Below the pieces are notes generated by a model. It saw only the letters and a program-made list of their open reading frames with translations, had not been told where the DNA came from and made no database searches. A program made the position numbers and the translations under genes. From the NCBI GenBank assembly GCA_947449035.1, contig CANFQC010000008.1, forward strand, positions 4,617 to 68,616: DNA of 64,000 bases, written 5' to 3'. The DNA comes from Actinomycetota bacterium. Its GTDB lineage: Bacteria; Actinomycetota; Actinomycetes; S36-B12. Below, in pieces: positions 42,075-51,144 of this stretch (within the stretch, counting starts at the first letter, position 1; the number at the start of each line of letters is the position of its first letter).

Positions 42075-42140
42075 TTTCTACCCCCGCGATACGAGCCGTG
42101 CAAGAGTTTTTTCCAAGAAATTCAAAAAATTTTTTCTTTC
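42075..42140 (-). promoter_or_regulatory. promoter with AT-rich UP-like element
   Basis: minus strand A/T tracts, TTGCAC, 17 nt, TAGAAA(T). Confidence 0.6.
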
Positions 42141-42294
42141 ATCGCTACTCCAGCAACGTTGATACGAATACGTCACATCAGCATCACGCATGCACGGATT
42201 CACGGGACATGCTGATGCTTCGATCGATGCTCATTCTCGCTAGCCTTGGTCGACCGGGACATGACCCGCGCTCAGGACCCGCAGGGGGAGTGAC

Positions 42295-44478
42295 ATGAGA
42301 TTCGAGCGCTTGGGCCATTGGATCTTTCGTCATCGCCGATCGACTCTGGCTGTCGGCACCGTTCTCCTCGTGATTGCGGGCGTGGTCGGCTTTGGTGTCT
42401 TCCCACGACTGCTAGGTGGGGGATACGACGATCCCAACTCAGACTCTGCTGCAGTCGCTCGAATCCTTCAGGATGAGTTCGGATCGCCGGATTCCGACCT
42501 GGTCATCGACTTGGCATTTCCGGGTTCCGCGGCGACACCTGAGGCTGCTGCTGCGGGTACGGCTCTGAGCACTCGAATCGCCGATGTGTCTGACGTACTT
42601 CGAGTGACTGATTACTGGTCAACGGGTGCGACTGCGTTGCTCAGCGCTGACGGAAACTCGTCAGTGATCCTCGTGACCTTCGACCCAAATGCCCCCCGAC
42701 AACCGTCAGAGATCACCGACGAGATCTATTCGATGGTCGACTCGGCGAAGGCATCGGGCGAACTCGCGGGAGCGACTGCCTACATCGGCGGTATTCAGGC
42801 TGTGTTCAAGTCGATCAATGGACAGATCAGCAAGGATCTCGCGAAGTCTGAGTCCATTGCTGTGCCGATCTCGCTGGTGCTGCTTTTCATCATCTTCGGA
42901 AGTCTCGTAGCCGCAGGCATGCCACTTCTTGTCGCCGGCGCATCGATTCTCGGCAGTTTCTTCGTGCTCTACGTGATCTCACTCTTCACTGAGACGTCCG
43001 TATTCGGTCTCAATCTCGTGACCGGCCTCGGGCTGGGGTTGGGCATCGATTACGCGCTGCTCATCGTGAGCCGATTCCGCGAAGAGCTCTTGGTTCAGCC
43101 AAATGTCGAGTCGGCCGTGGCCCGAACAGTGGGCTCAGCTGGGCGCACGGTGTTCTTCTCCGGCTTCACCGTGGGCGTGACTCTCGCGGCACTGCTGTTC
43201 TTTCCGCAGTACTTCCTGCGTTCATTCGCCTACGCGGGTATCTCGGTTGTGGTCTTCGCGATGGTGGGCGCGATCTTGATGCTGCCGGCCGTGCTCTCCA
43301 TGGTCGGCCCGAGAGTTAACTCTCTGCGCATTCGCAAGAACGTGGCACGACCGAGTTCAGGAAGGCGCTGGGCAGCACTTGCCACCTTCATCATGAAATA
43401 CCCGTGGCCAATCGCGCTTGCAGCCATTGCTTTGCTGGGCGTGTTGGCGTGGCCGGCTATGGGGGCCAAGTTCAATCAGGCCGATGAGCGCACCTTGCCG
43501 GTCACCGATTCCACCGTGGTAGCGATCGCCCAGCTGACAGATAACTTCCCCCAATTGGGAGCGTCACCGATCGAGATCATGCTGCCGGCCGGCGTGGATG
43601 CATCAGCGGTGGCTGATTACGCGACTCGCCTTTCGCAGGTGGCGACGATCAAGGTCGTGACGACCCAAGGTGGCACTTATTCAGACGGCGCCCGGGTGGG
43701 AGATTCCTTGCCCACGGTGACCTACCTGTCGCCGCAGCATGAGCGGCTGCTTGCGTATTCGTCGGAGCGTTCGCGGAGCCCCGCAGGTGAAGTGGTGATT
43801 GCCGATGTCCGGGCGACCGCGCCACCCGTCGAGGGTGTGCTCGTGGGCGGCGTGGGAGCCGCGTACACCGATTCGCAGCATGGCATCGGCAAGGCGCTGC
43901 CTTGGGCCATCGCCTGGGTGCTCGCGACCGTGCTGATCCTGGTCTTCCTCTTCACTGGCAGCGTGCTGCTGCCGATTAAGGCCGTGATCCTTAACATGCT
44001 GAGTCTCGCAGCCACCATGGGCGTGTTGGTCTGGGTTTTCCAGGGGGAACACCTCACCTGGCTGGTCGGCACATTTGTCCCGACGGGGGCCATCGACACA
44101 TCAGTAGTCGTCCTCACGGCGATTGTGGCCTTCGGCCTGTCGATGGACTACGAGGTTTTCCTGCTTTCACGCATCAAGGAGGAATACGAGCACACCGGCG
44201 ACAACGTGAGCTCGGTCGCGCATGGTCTCGCGAAGTCAGCGGGCATCATTACGGCGGCTGCACTGTTGCTCGCCATCGTGTTCGCTGCGTTCTTGACCTC
44301 GTCTGTCACCTTGATCAAGGTCCTCGGTCTCGGTGTCGCAGTGGCGATCTTGCTTGATGCATCGATCGTGCGCGTGTTCTTGGTGCCTGCGTTCATGCGC
44401 ATCGCAGGTTCAGCGAACTGGTGGGCGCCTCGACCTCTCAAGAAGATCTACCAACGATTCGGCCTGCACGACGTCTGA
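42295..44478 (+). CDS. MMPL-family RND transporter
   Basis: GLGLGIDYAL..RFREE, GLSMDYEVFLLSRIKE, NWWAP. Confidence 0.93.
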   Translation: MRFERLGHWIFRHRRSTLAVGTVLLVIAGVVGFGVFPRLLGGGYDDPNSDSAAVARILQDEFGSPDSDLVIDLAFPGSAATPEAAAAGTALSTRIADVSDVLRVTDYWSTGATALLSADGNSSVILVTFDPNAPRQPSEITDEIYSMVDSAKASGELAGATAYIGGIQAVFKSINGQISKDLAKSESIAVPISLVLLFIIFGSLVAAGMPLLVAGASILGSFFVLYVISLFTETSVFGLNLVTGLGLGLGIDYALLIVSRFREELLVQPNVESAVARTVGSAGRTVFFSGFTVGVTLAALLFFPQYFLRSFAYAGISVVVFAMVGAILMLPAVLSMVGPRVNSLRIRKNVARPSSGRRWAALATFIMKYPWPIALAAIALLGVLAWPAMGAKFNQADERTLPVTDSTVVAIAQLTDNFPQLGASPIEIMLPAGVDASAVADYATRLSQVATIKVVTTQGGTYSDGARVGDSLPTVTYLSPQHERLLAYSSERSRSPAGEVVIADVRATAPPVEGVLVGGVGAAYTDSQHGIGKALPWAIAWVLATVLILVFLFTGSVLLPIKAVILNMLSLAATMGVLVWVFQGEHLTWLVGTFVPTGAIDTSVVVLTAIVAFGLSMDYEVFLLSRIKEEYEHTGDNVSSVAHGLAKSAGIITAAALLLAIVFAAFLTSSVTLIKVLGLGVAVAILLDASIVRVFLVPAFMRIAGSANWWAPRPLKKIYQRFGLHDV

Positions 44479-44493
44479 GTCTTGCGGCGGAGA

Positions 44494-44769
44494 TTAGTCT
44501 GCGCAGGCGTGATTGGGGGTAGTCCAGTTGTATCCGCCCGCGACCAACTCGAGATCCGAGTCGCTCAACGCCGAACTGGCCGGGATCACGAGATGGATAT
44601 CGGTGGGGGATTCCTCGTGGATGGTGACGCGGACACTGTCAGGAACCTGCTGGCCGGCGAGCGACTCCAGTGCGGAGCGCGGATCGCTCAACAGAGCCGC
44701 GCGAAACTGGGGGTCTTCGGCAATGCGGTCAGCGATTGCCTGATCAATGGTGGTGCGGTCAATGCTCAT
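44494..44769 (-). CDS. NHLP (nitrile hydratase-like leader) RiPP precursor
   Basis: DPQFRAALLSDPRSAL..HEESP..HLVIP leader, LSDSDLELVAGG cleavage motif, core YNWTTPNHACAD. Confidence 0.88.
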   Translation of the reverse strand: MSIDRTTIDQAIADRIAEDPQFRAALLSDPRSALESLAGQQVPDSVRVTIHEESPTDIHLVIPASSALSDSDLELVAGGYNWTTPNHACAD

Positions 44770-44961
44770 GACGTCTCCGAGGTAGCAGGTGTTCCGGTCA
44801 GACGAGTGAAGCCTACGTCGGCGTTCCCGTTTTCGTTCGTTCTGAGGGCGTGCATGAGGGGTACCAGGGCAAGTCGTGAATAACCCCCGCCTTCATTCAG
44901 AAATCCCCCTTCGTGCCAGGTGTGCGCGACAGGAGGAACCCGATCGCCCTACGGTCCTCTC

Positions 44962-45759
44962 GTGACCGACTCTCGATCCCTCGACCCATCCGATCACGGC
45001 CTTCGCAACCTCGCGGGGCACACATCGCGGGGTCAGCTGACCTCCCGCATCGTGATGATCGTCGTGGTCTATGTCGGCATCGTTCTTGCCTTCGGTACGT
45101 ATGTGTTGCTCAACTCTGCACCGTCACCGGAGCATTGGCCCGCATACCTCGCGTGGGATCCCGTCACTCAAGCACTTGTGCAGCCCGCCACTGGTGACGG
45201 CGCCTACCAGACGTTCGTGCTCAAGTCGTGGCTCGACGAGAAGATCCCGTTCGTGCCGATCCTGGCGCTCCCGTACATCACCTATCTCGTGATCGTGCCC
45301 TTCCTCGTTCCTGCGCTCAATCTCGTAGCTCGCTCAATGCGCCGGTTCCTGACCGTCGGTATCGCGCTGATCGTCAGCCAGCTGATCCTGGACCTGTCGT
45401 ACTGGCTCTTCCAGACGAACGTCCCGCGCACCGTCACTCCGCCGGACGACGTCTTCGGCTGGATGGTCCGCATGGTATGGGGCAACGACCAACCATTCAA
45501 CGGATACCCGAGTGCTCATTGCACCTGGGCGATGATCGGCATCCTCGCGCTCTGGCGGCTTCGTTCACGTTTCCCGAAGACCAGTTGGATTCTGATGCCC
45601 TGGTTGGCGTTGGTATTCCCGGCCACGGTCATGCTGCAGCAGCACTTCTTGATGGACGTTTACGCGGGGGTATTCGTGGGTTTTGCTACCTACTGGGCCG
45701 TGATGTTCGCGGTTGAGCGGCCGACCCTTGTTCCTCGAGGTGAAGCTCCGCTGCGCTAG
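44962..45759 (+). CDS. PAP2-superfamily membrane phosphotransferase (Aur1/IPC-synthase-like)
   Basis: LDEKIPFVP, NGYPSAH, QHFLMDV motifs with several TMs. Confidence 0.78.
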   Translation: MTDSRSLDPSDHGLRNLAGHTSRGQLTSRIVMIVVVYVGIVLAFGTYVLLNSAPSPEHWPAYLAWDPVTQALVQPATGDGAYQTFVLKSWLDEKIPFVPILALPYITYLVIVPFLVPALNLVARSMRRFLTVGIALIVSQLILDLSYWLFQTNVPRTVTPPDDVFGWMVRMVWGNDQPFNGYPSAHCTWAMIGILALWRLRSRFPKTSWILMPWLALVFPATVMLQQHFLMDVYAGVFVGFATYWAVMFAVERPTLVPRGEAPLR

Positions 45760-46208
45760 GCCTTCTTGCGGCAGAACGCGGCGGTGGCGGGAGCGAAGGC
45801 CAATACCAAGATCGCGATGTCGTAGATCGTCAGCATGAGGCCGGCGAACCAACGGCCCTGGATCACCCAGGTGATGTCGGTAATTGTGCCGAAGGCGACC
45901 AGGACGATGAGCACAATTCGCGCCCAGTTCTTCTGGCGAGCGATGTAGATCGCGAGCACGATGTGAACCACTGCGGCGATGAACGAGATGATCGCGAGCG
46001 TCAGCACCATCGACTGAGCCTGCTCCGCATAACCAGCAGCTACACCTGCGTCGACGAGTTCGGCCTTGATGGCGGCTTGGTCGGTCTTGTCCCCGATGAT
46101 CGCGGCGGCGATGAACTGCTCGGCGGCGATGATGAAGGTGAAGGCTGCTCCAATGTAGACAAGCAGCAGCAGGGAAAAGACAGACGAGGGCTTCGTGGTG
46201 GTGGTCAT
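45756..46208 (-). CDS. four-TM membrane protein
   Basis: hydrophobic segments, KNWARI motif; SD AAGGA. Confidence 0.7.
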   Translation of the reverse strand: MTTTTKPSSVFSLLLLVYIGAAFTFIIAAEQFIAAAIIGDKTDQAAIKAELVDAGVAAGYAEQAQSMVLTLAIISFIAAVVHIVLAIYIARQKNWARIVLIVLVAFGTITDITWVIQGRWFAGLMLTIYDIAILVLAFAPATAAFCRKKA

Positions 46209-46346
46209 GGCTTCCTTTCGGGATTGACGAAAGGGTAATGGCCGTCCACGGGCGGCCTCCGTCACGGGAGACCAGGTCGCGACGCACTGAAAGAAATCCG
46301 CAATTCTTCAGAGGGACTCCAGGGGCGCTGCCTCTAGGCTGAACGC

Positions 46347-47063
46347 ATGTCGCGGCCCTACGTGGAACTCGCCCCGGGGGTGTACCGCATCCCGCATATC
46401 GGTGACTTCCTGAACAGCTTCATCGTGACTGAGTCCGATGGGTCCGTGACCTTGATCGACTGCGGCCTGAAGGGTGGACCGAAAAAGATCCTTCGGGCTC
46501 TCGAGGATCTCGGCCGGCATCCGAATGATGTGCAGCGCATCGTGTTGACCCATGCGCATTCGGACCATGCCGGGGGAGCAGCGCAGCTCGTACGCGCGAG
46601 CGGAGTCTTAGGCGCTGAGGCGCACGCGGATGATCATCCGTTTCTCAGTACCGGGACGGCGCCGCCGATAAATGCAGGGCCTACGGCAGGTCGCATCCTC
46701 AATCGACTCCAGGACAGCACCTTCGAACCTGTGCCCCTGGCAGGAGCACTCTCCGATGGCGAGATTCTCGACGTCGCTGGCGGCATGCAGGTCGTGCACA
46801 CGCCCGGCCACACGCCCGGTCATATATCTCTTTTGATTCCGGGCAAAGAGCTGCTACTCACCGGTGACTGCATCATGAATCCGCTTGGCCGGCGCATTTA
46901 TCCGTTTGGGGTCTACTGCGTCTCACCAAAGCAGAACGCCGCATCAGCGTCACTCCTTGGCGAACTTGAATACTCGCTAGCGGCCTTCACTCATGGCACT
47001 GAGATCCGTGAGAACCCGCGTGAGCGCATCCGCTCCTTCCTTACCCGCAAGGGCGCGCTCTAG
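46347..47063 (+). CDS. MBL-fold metallo-hydrolase
   Basis: LIDCG, THAHSDHAG, TPGHTPGH, TGD. Confidence 0.9.
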   Translation: MSRPYVELAPGVYRIPHIGDFLNSFIVTESDGSVTLIDCGLKGGPKKILRALEDLGRHPNDVQRIVLTHAHSDHAGGAAQLVRASGVLGAEAHADDHPFLSTGTAPPINAGPTAGRILNRLQDSTFEPVPLAGALSDGEILDVAGGMQVVHTPGHTPGHISLLIPGKELLLTGDCIMNPLGRRIYPFGVYCVSPKQNAASASLLGELEYSLAAFTHGTEIRENPRERIRSFLTRKGAL

Positions 47064-47065
47064 TC

Positions 47066-47962
47066 ATGTCCTCGGCAGTGATCATCGCGAATCCAAAGGC
47101 GGGCGGCGGCAAGGCCCGAGGCATCGCCGAGAGTTCTGCGCGAACGCTCAATGATTTGGGTATCGATACCCGGCTCGTACTTCCCGCGACTCTCGAGGCA
47201 ATGCGAACGGAGGTAACGGAAGCGTGCGAACGTCGGTCTGCTGCCGTGATTGCCTGCGGTGGAGACGGAACGGTTCACCAAGTGCTGCAGGGAGCGGCTG
47301 AGTATGGGTTGACCATGTCGGTCATTCCTGCAGGCACGGGCAATGACATCGCTCGGTCGCTAGGTATCAAGGCGAAGGAACGCAGCGTATGGCTTCGCCA
47401 CCTCGCTAATCTCGTCCGATCAGGTGCTGAGTCGCGAGTCGATCTCTCACTCATCACTCATAGCGATCGCCGCATCTGGTCGCTGGGAGTTATCTCGGCC
47501 GGTTTCGACTCAGCGGTCAATGAGCGTGCCGATCGACTCACTCGACTCAGCGGTACGCCCCGCTACGTCGCGGCACTGCTGGCTGAACTGAGTGCATTCC
47601 GCATGCACGACTACGACGTCACGATTGACGGCGAGGAAATGTCGGGTCGAGCCTTGCTTATCGCGGTCGGTAATGGAGAAAGTTACGGCGGAGGTATGCG
47701 CATCTGTCCGTCGGCCGACATGAGCGACGGGTTGCTTGATGTCACGTGGATCGACACAGCGCCGAGGCGCACTGTGCTCCGAGTATTCCCGCGCATCTTT
47801 ACTGGACGTCACGTGGACCATCCGCTGGTGCATACCTTCAGGGGAAGAGAGATCGCTATCTCCTCCAAGGGCTCCGTGCTCTACGCCGACGGTGAGCGCA
47901 TCGGCGAGCCTCCTGTGCGAATTCATGTAGTTCCAGGTGCACTGAGCGTGCTGCGCCCCTGA
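47066..47962 (+). CDS. diacylglycerol/lipid kinase family protein
   Basis: NPKAG, GGDGT, PAGTGNDIAR, YGGG, ADGE. Confidence 0.9.
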   Translation: MSSAVIIANPKAGGGKARGIAESSARTLNDLGIDTRLVLPATLEAMRTEVTEACERRSAAVIACGGDGTVHQVLQGAAEYGLTMSVIPAGTGNDIARSLGIKAKERSVWLRHLANLVRSGAESRVDLSLITHSDRRIWSLGVISAGFDSAVNERADRLTRLSGTPRYVAALLAELSAFRMHDYDVTIDGEEMSGRALLIAVGNGESYGGGMRICPSADMSDGLLDVTWIDTAPRRTVLRVFPRIFTGRHVDHPLVHTFRGREIAISSKGSVLYADGERIGEPPVRIHVVPGALSVLRP

Positions 47963-48006
47963 GATGCGCTTTGCCTGACAGCAGCCGAATCGGCGGGTAA
48001 TCTCCC

Positions 48007-49149
48007 GTGCCCGTGGGAGGTTGGCACCCGGTTCGGGCTTTCGCGCAGGCAGGCGCGTTGGCCTCAGTCGTGTTGGCCGCGCATACCGCAGTCAATCTCC
48101 GCCGGATTCCGAGGCTATCTAGTGAACCTAACCTGGATCTCTCCGAACGCGTCTCAGTGCTCATCCCGGCACGCAATGAAGTGCATCGCCTGGGGCCGGT
48201 GCTTACCTCGGTGATGCATCAGGTCGGCGTCCCCGACCTCGAAATCATCGTGCTGGACGATGGATCGTCCGACGACACCGCGACCCTGGCACGCATGGTC
48301 GCGGGCGGCGATGCGCGAGTGCAGGTGGTGTCGGTCGCGGATGAGCCACTACCCGAGGGGTGGCTCGGCAAGCCCTTTGCCTGCCATCGATTGAGCGAGC
48401 TCGCCACCGGCTCGGTACTGGTGTTCCTCGACGCCGATGTTCTTCTCTCCCCGTGGGCGATCAACCAGGCGGTCACCTTCATGCGCCGCGAAGATCTGGC
48501 GCTGGTCTCGCCTTACCCGCGTCAGGTAGCCGAGACGACCGCAGAGCGAGTGACTCAGCCGCTGGTGAACTGGTCATGGATGACAACTCTTCCCATGGGA
48601 CTCGCTCGAAGCGGAAGCCCGGCATTTTGCGCAGCGATTGGGCAGTTTCTCGTGGTCGATGCAAGCGCCTATCGAGCATCAGGTGGTCACGAATCAGTGC
48701 GCGAATACGTGGTCGAGGATGTCGAGGTTCTGCGCTCGATGAAGCGAGCCGGATTTCGTGGCCTTCCACTCAATGGGAGTGGTGTTGCCTCGTGCAGGAT
48801 GTACGACGGTGCGGCTGAGGTGTTCGAGGGCTATACGAAGTCTCTCTGGTCCGTCTTCGGGTCCCTGCCCGGCGCGGTGGGTGGGGTTAGCGCTATGGCA
48901 CTGATCTATGTGGTGCCCGCTGCTGTCCTGATCACCTCGCGAGACCACACCGCTCGGCGCTGGGGAGCACTCGGTTACGTCTCGGGAGTCGCGAGCAGGG
49001 CGCTGACTGCGTCAGCCACTGGTGAGCGCCTCATGCCCGATGTTCTTGCGCAGCCTGTTTCAATCGGAGCATTCGCCGGCATGACGTTGGCATCGATTAT
49101 CCGTCGCAGGCGCGGATCGCTCTCCTGGAAAGGTCGGGCCCTGAGGTGA
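48007..49149 (+). CDS. GT2 glycosyltransferase (resembles carotenoid glycosyltransferases)
   Basis: PARNE, DDGSSD, GWLGKPFAC, FLDADV, VEDV, CRMY. Confidence 0.85.
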   Translation: MPVGGWHPVRAFAQAGALASVVLAAHTAVNLRRIPRLSSEPNLDLSERVSVLIPARNEVHRLGPVLTSVMHQVGVPDLEIIVLDDGSSDDTATLARMVAGGDARVQVVSVADEPLPEGWLGKPFACHRLSELATGSVLVFLDADVLLSPWAINQAVTFMRREDLALVSPYPRQVAETTAERVTQPLVNWSWMTTLPMGLARSGSPAFCAAIGQFLVVDASAYRASGGHESVREYVVEDVEVLRSMKRAGFRGLPLNGSGVASCRMYDGAAEVFEGYTKSLWSVFGSLPGAVGGVSAMALIYVVPAAVLITSRDHTARRWGALGYVSGVASRALTASATGERLMPDVLAQPVSIGAFAGMTLASIIRRRRGSLSWKGRALR

Positions 49150-49200
49150 TCGCTCGCCCCCGACTAGGGTTACGGGAATTGCGCAACTTAAGGGGCAGCG

Positions 49201-49974
49201 ATGCGTGGGTTTGAGTTCGAGGGCAAGGTCGGCCTGATCACAGGTGCAAACCGAGGCATCGGTGCGTGCTTCGTTGACGCACTGATGGATGCGGGCGCCT
49301 CGAAAGTGTTTGCCTGCGCACGAAAGCGTGACAGTCTCGACTGGGCAGTGGAAAAGTACGGATCCCGACTAGTGCCACTGCAGCTCGACGTCGCGGAGCC
49401 GAGTCAGATAGATGAAGTCATTTCGCGGGTGAGCGACGTCGATCTACTGATCTCCAATGCGGGTCGCGGGGGTAGCGGAAGCGTCCACGAGCTAGACGAT
49501 GCTGTTGTGCGCAAACTCTTCGAGGTGCACGTGTTCGGGCCTCGGCTACTGATTACGGGATTACTGCCCGGCATCATCGAACGGCAGGGCGGCATCATCC
49601 TTGTTCAGTCCACTGCCGCGCTAGCCATGTCGCGCGGCGGACCGATGTACAGCGCAAGTAAGTCCGCAGCGACCTTCATGGGAATGGGGCTTCGCGAAGA
49701 TCTGCGCAAGGTCGGCGTGAAGGTCTCGAATGTGCACCCCGGTTTCACGAACACGGACATCATCGCCACCTACGAGATTGCCAAGGCTGAACCGCCTGAC
49801 GTGGTCAATGTCGCGCTCGAAGGTTGGGCGAACGATGAGGCACACGTCTTCACTGATCTTTACTCGCAGATGGTGCATGAACAGGTTGTCGCAGAAATGA
49901 ATGAGCTGCTCTTTGACCCAGTGGTTGCCGGAACTGATCTCATCGCGGAGTACCGACGTCGTACTGAAAGCTGA
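49201..49974 (+). CDS. SDR-family oxidoreductase
   Basis: TGANRGIG, NAG, YSASK, HPGFTNT. Confidence 0.9.
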   Translation: MRGFEFEGKVGLITGANRGIGACFVDALMDAGASKVFACARKRDSLDWAVEKYGSRLVPLQLDVAEPSQIDEVISRVSDVDLLISNAGRGGSGSVHELDDAVVRKLFEVHVFGPRLLITGLLPGIIERQGGIILVQSTAALAMSRGGPMYSASKSAATFMGMGLREDLRKVGVKVSNVHPGFTNTDIIATYEIAKAEPPDVVNVALEGWANDEAHVFTDLYSQMVHEQVVAEMNELLFDPVVAGTDLIAEYRRRTES

Positions 49975-50220
49975 ACATCGTCAGGGGAAACGAGAGCGCT
50001 TTGTGTGCACAGAATGTAAGGCGTACGAGAGTATCGGCTTGAAACGTCCTCGTGAGTGCGCCGAAGGTCCGTACTCTCACTCGGCAAACGTCCCATTTGC
50101 GGTTATGTCATCCAATGTCTGGTCCAACGCCGTTCTCGACCCTTTGTCCGAGCAATAAGGGGCTATGGTGAAAAGAACGGCGCACGAATCCAGGCTGTTC
50201 TGATTAACCAAGGGGGAGTC

Positions 50221-51117
50221 GTGAGCGATTTTCGTACACACTCGAGCGACCGACAGGATCAAGCGCGAGATCAAGCGTTAGAGAGCGTGACCTGGAATGC
50301 CTTCCTTCATAAGCCGAGTGCCGAAGTTCTGCTTGAAGTCATCGAGTTCCTCGGCGGAACGCCGAATCCCCATTCCCTCTGCCGTCACCTGACCTTGAAT
50401 GTGGCGGCAGAGACCCGACCGATTGGCGCGCTCATAACCGTGCTCGAGTCCAACGGCACCCTTCGGATCGCCGGAGCCTTCGGTCTTGATGAGGCAAGCC
50501 TTGCAGCCCGAGCTGATCAGAGTGCTGCTGATGAGACGCCATTGGCTGAGGCAATTCGATCGGGTCAGCCGATGTTTCATGCGAGTGCTGAAGGTATTCG
50601 CGAATTGTTTCCGGAGTTCGCGAGCCTCGACACGACCATCATGCCGACTGCAATCTGGCCGATCGCTTCACGCGGCGAACGAATCGGCGCAATTCAGCTC
50701 TTCTTCGATGAGCACTCTTCACAGTCACCACTTACAGCTGACTTCGAGGCCGTCGTGGCGCTCATCGCACTTTATGTGCGGCTGCAGCTTTCATTCGGAA
50801 TGAGCAACACCAGGTGGTCGACGGTGGATCGACGCCAGCCGACCAGCGTGTCGGCGGCAGCAGGTGATCGTCGCCGTCCATCCGGCATTGCTGAGCTGAC
50901 TGCGCGGCAGTCATCAGTGCTCGATCACATCTGCGCCGGGCGCACGAATGCTCAGATCGCTCACGTTGTTGGGTTCAGTGAATCGACCGTGCGTCAGGAG
51001 ACCATGGCGATTTATCGGACACTTGGTGTCGATGGCCGAGGTCAGGCCGCAGCAATGGCGCGCGCCCATCATGCGGATGCTGTTCAGGCTGCACTTTCCG
51101 CAGTTCCATCTGCCTGA
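50221..51117 (+). CDS. GAF plus LuxR-HTH transcriptional regulator
   Basis: GAF region (TPLAEAIRSGQPMF), HTH LTARQ..TNAQIA..SESTVRQE; SD GGGGAG. Confidence 0.82.
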   Translation: MSDFRTHSSDRQDQARDQALESVTWNAFLHKPSAEVLLEVIEFLGGTPNPHSLCRHLTLNVAAETRPIGALITVLESNGTLRIAGAFGLDEASLAARADQSAADETPLAEAIRSGQPMFHASAEGIRELFPEFASLDTTIMPTAIWPIASRGERIGAIQLFFDEHSSQSPLTADFEAVVALIALYVRLQLSFGMSNTRWSTVDRRQPTSVSAAAGDRRRPSGIAELTARQSSVLDHICAGRTNAQIAHVVGFSESTVRQETMAIYRTLGVDGRGQAAAMARAHHADAVQAALSAVPSA

Positions 51118-51144
51118 ACTTTCATCTCGGGCTACGCCGAGGCG

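Noticed and set aside
41771-42103. 110-aa minus-strand ORF and overlapping plus-strand ORFs
   Set aside because: Its TTG start is the -35 hexamer, it has no SD, the product is Arg/Gly/Ala-biased and it runs through the terminator stem; an ncRNA explains the region better.
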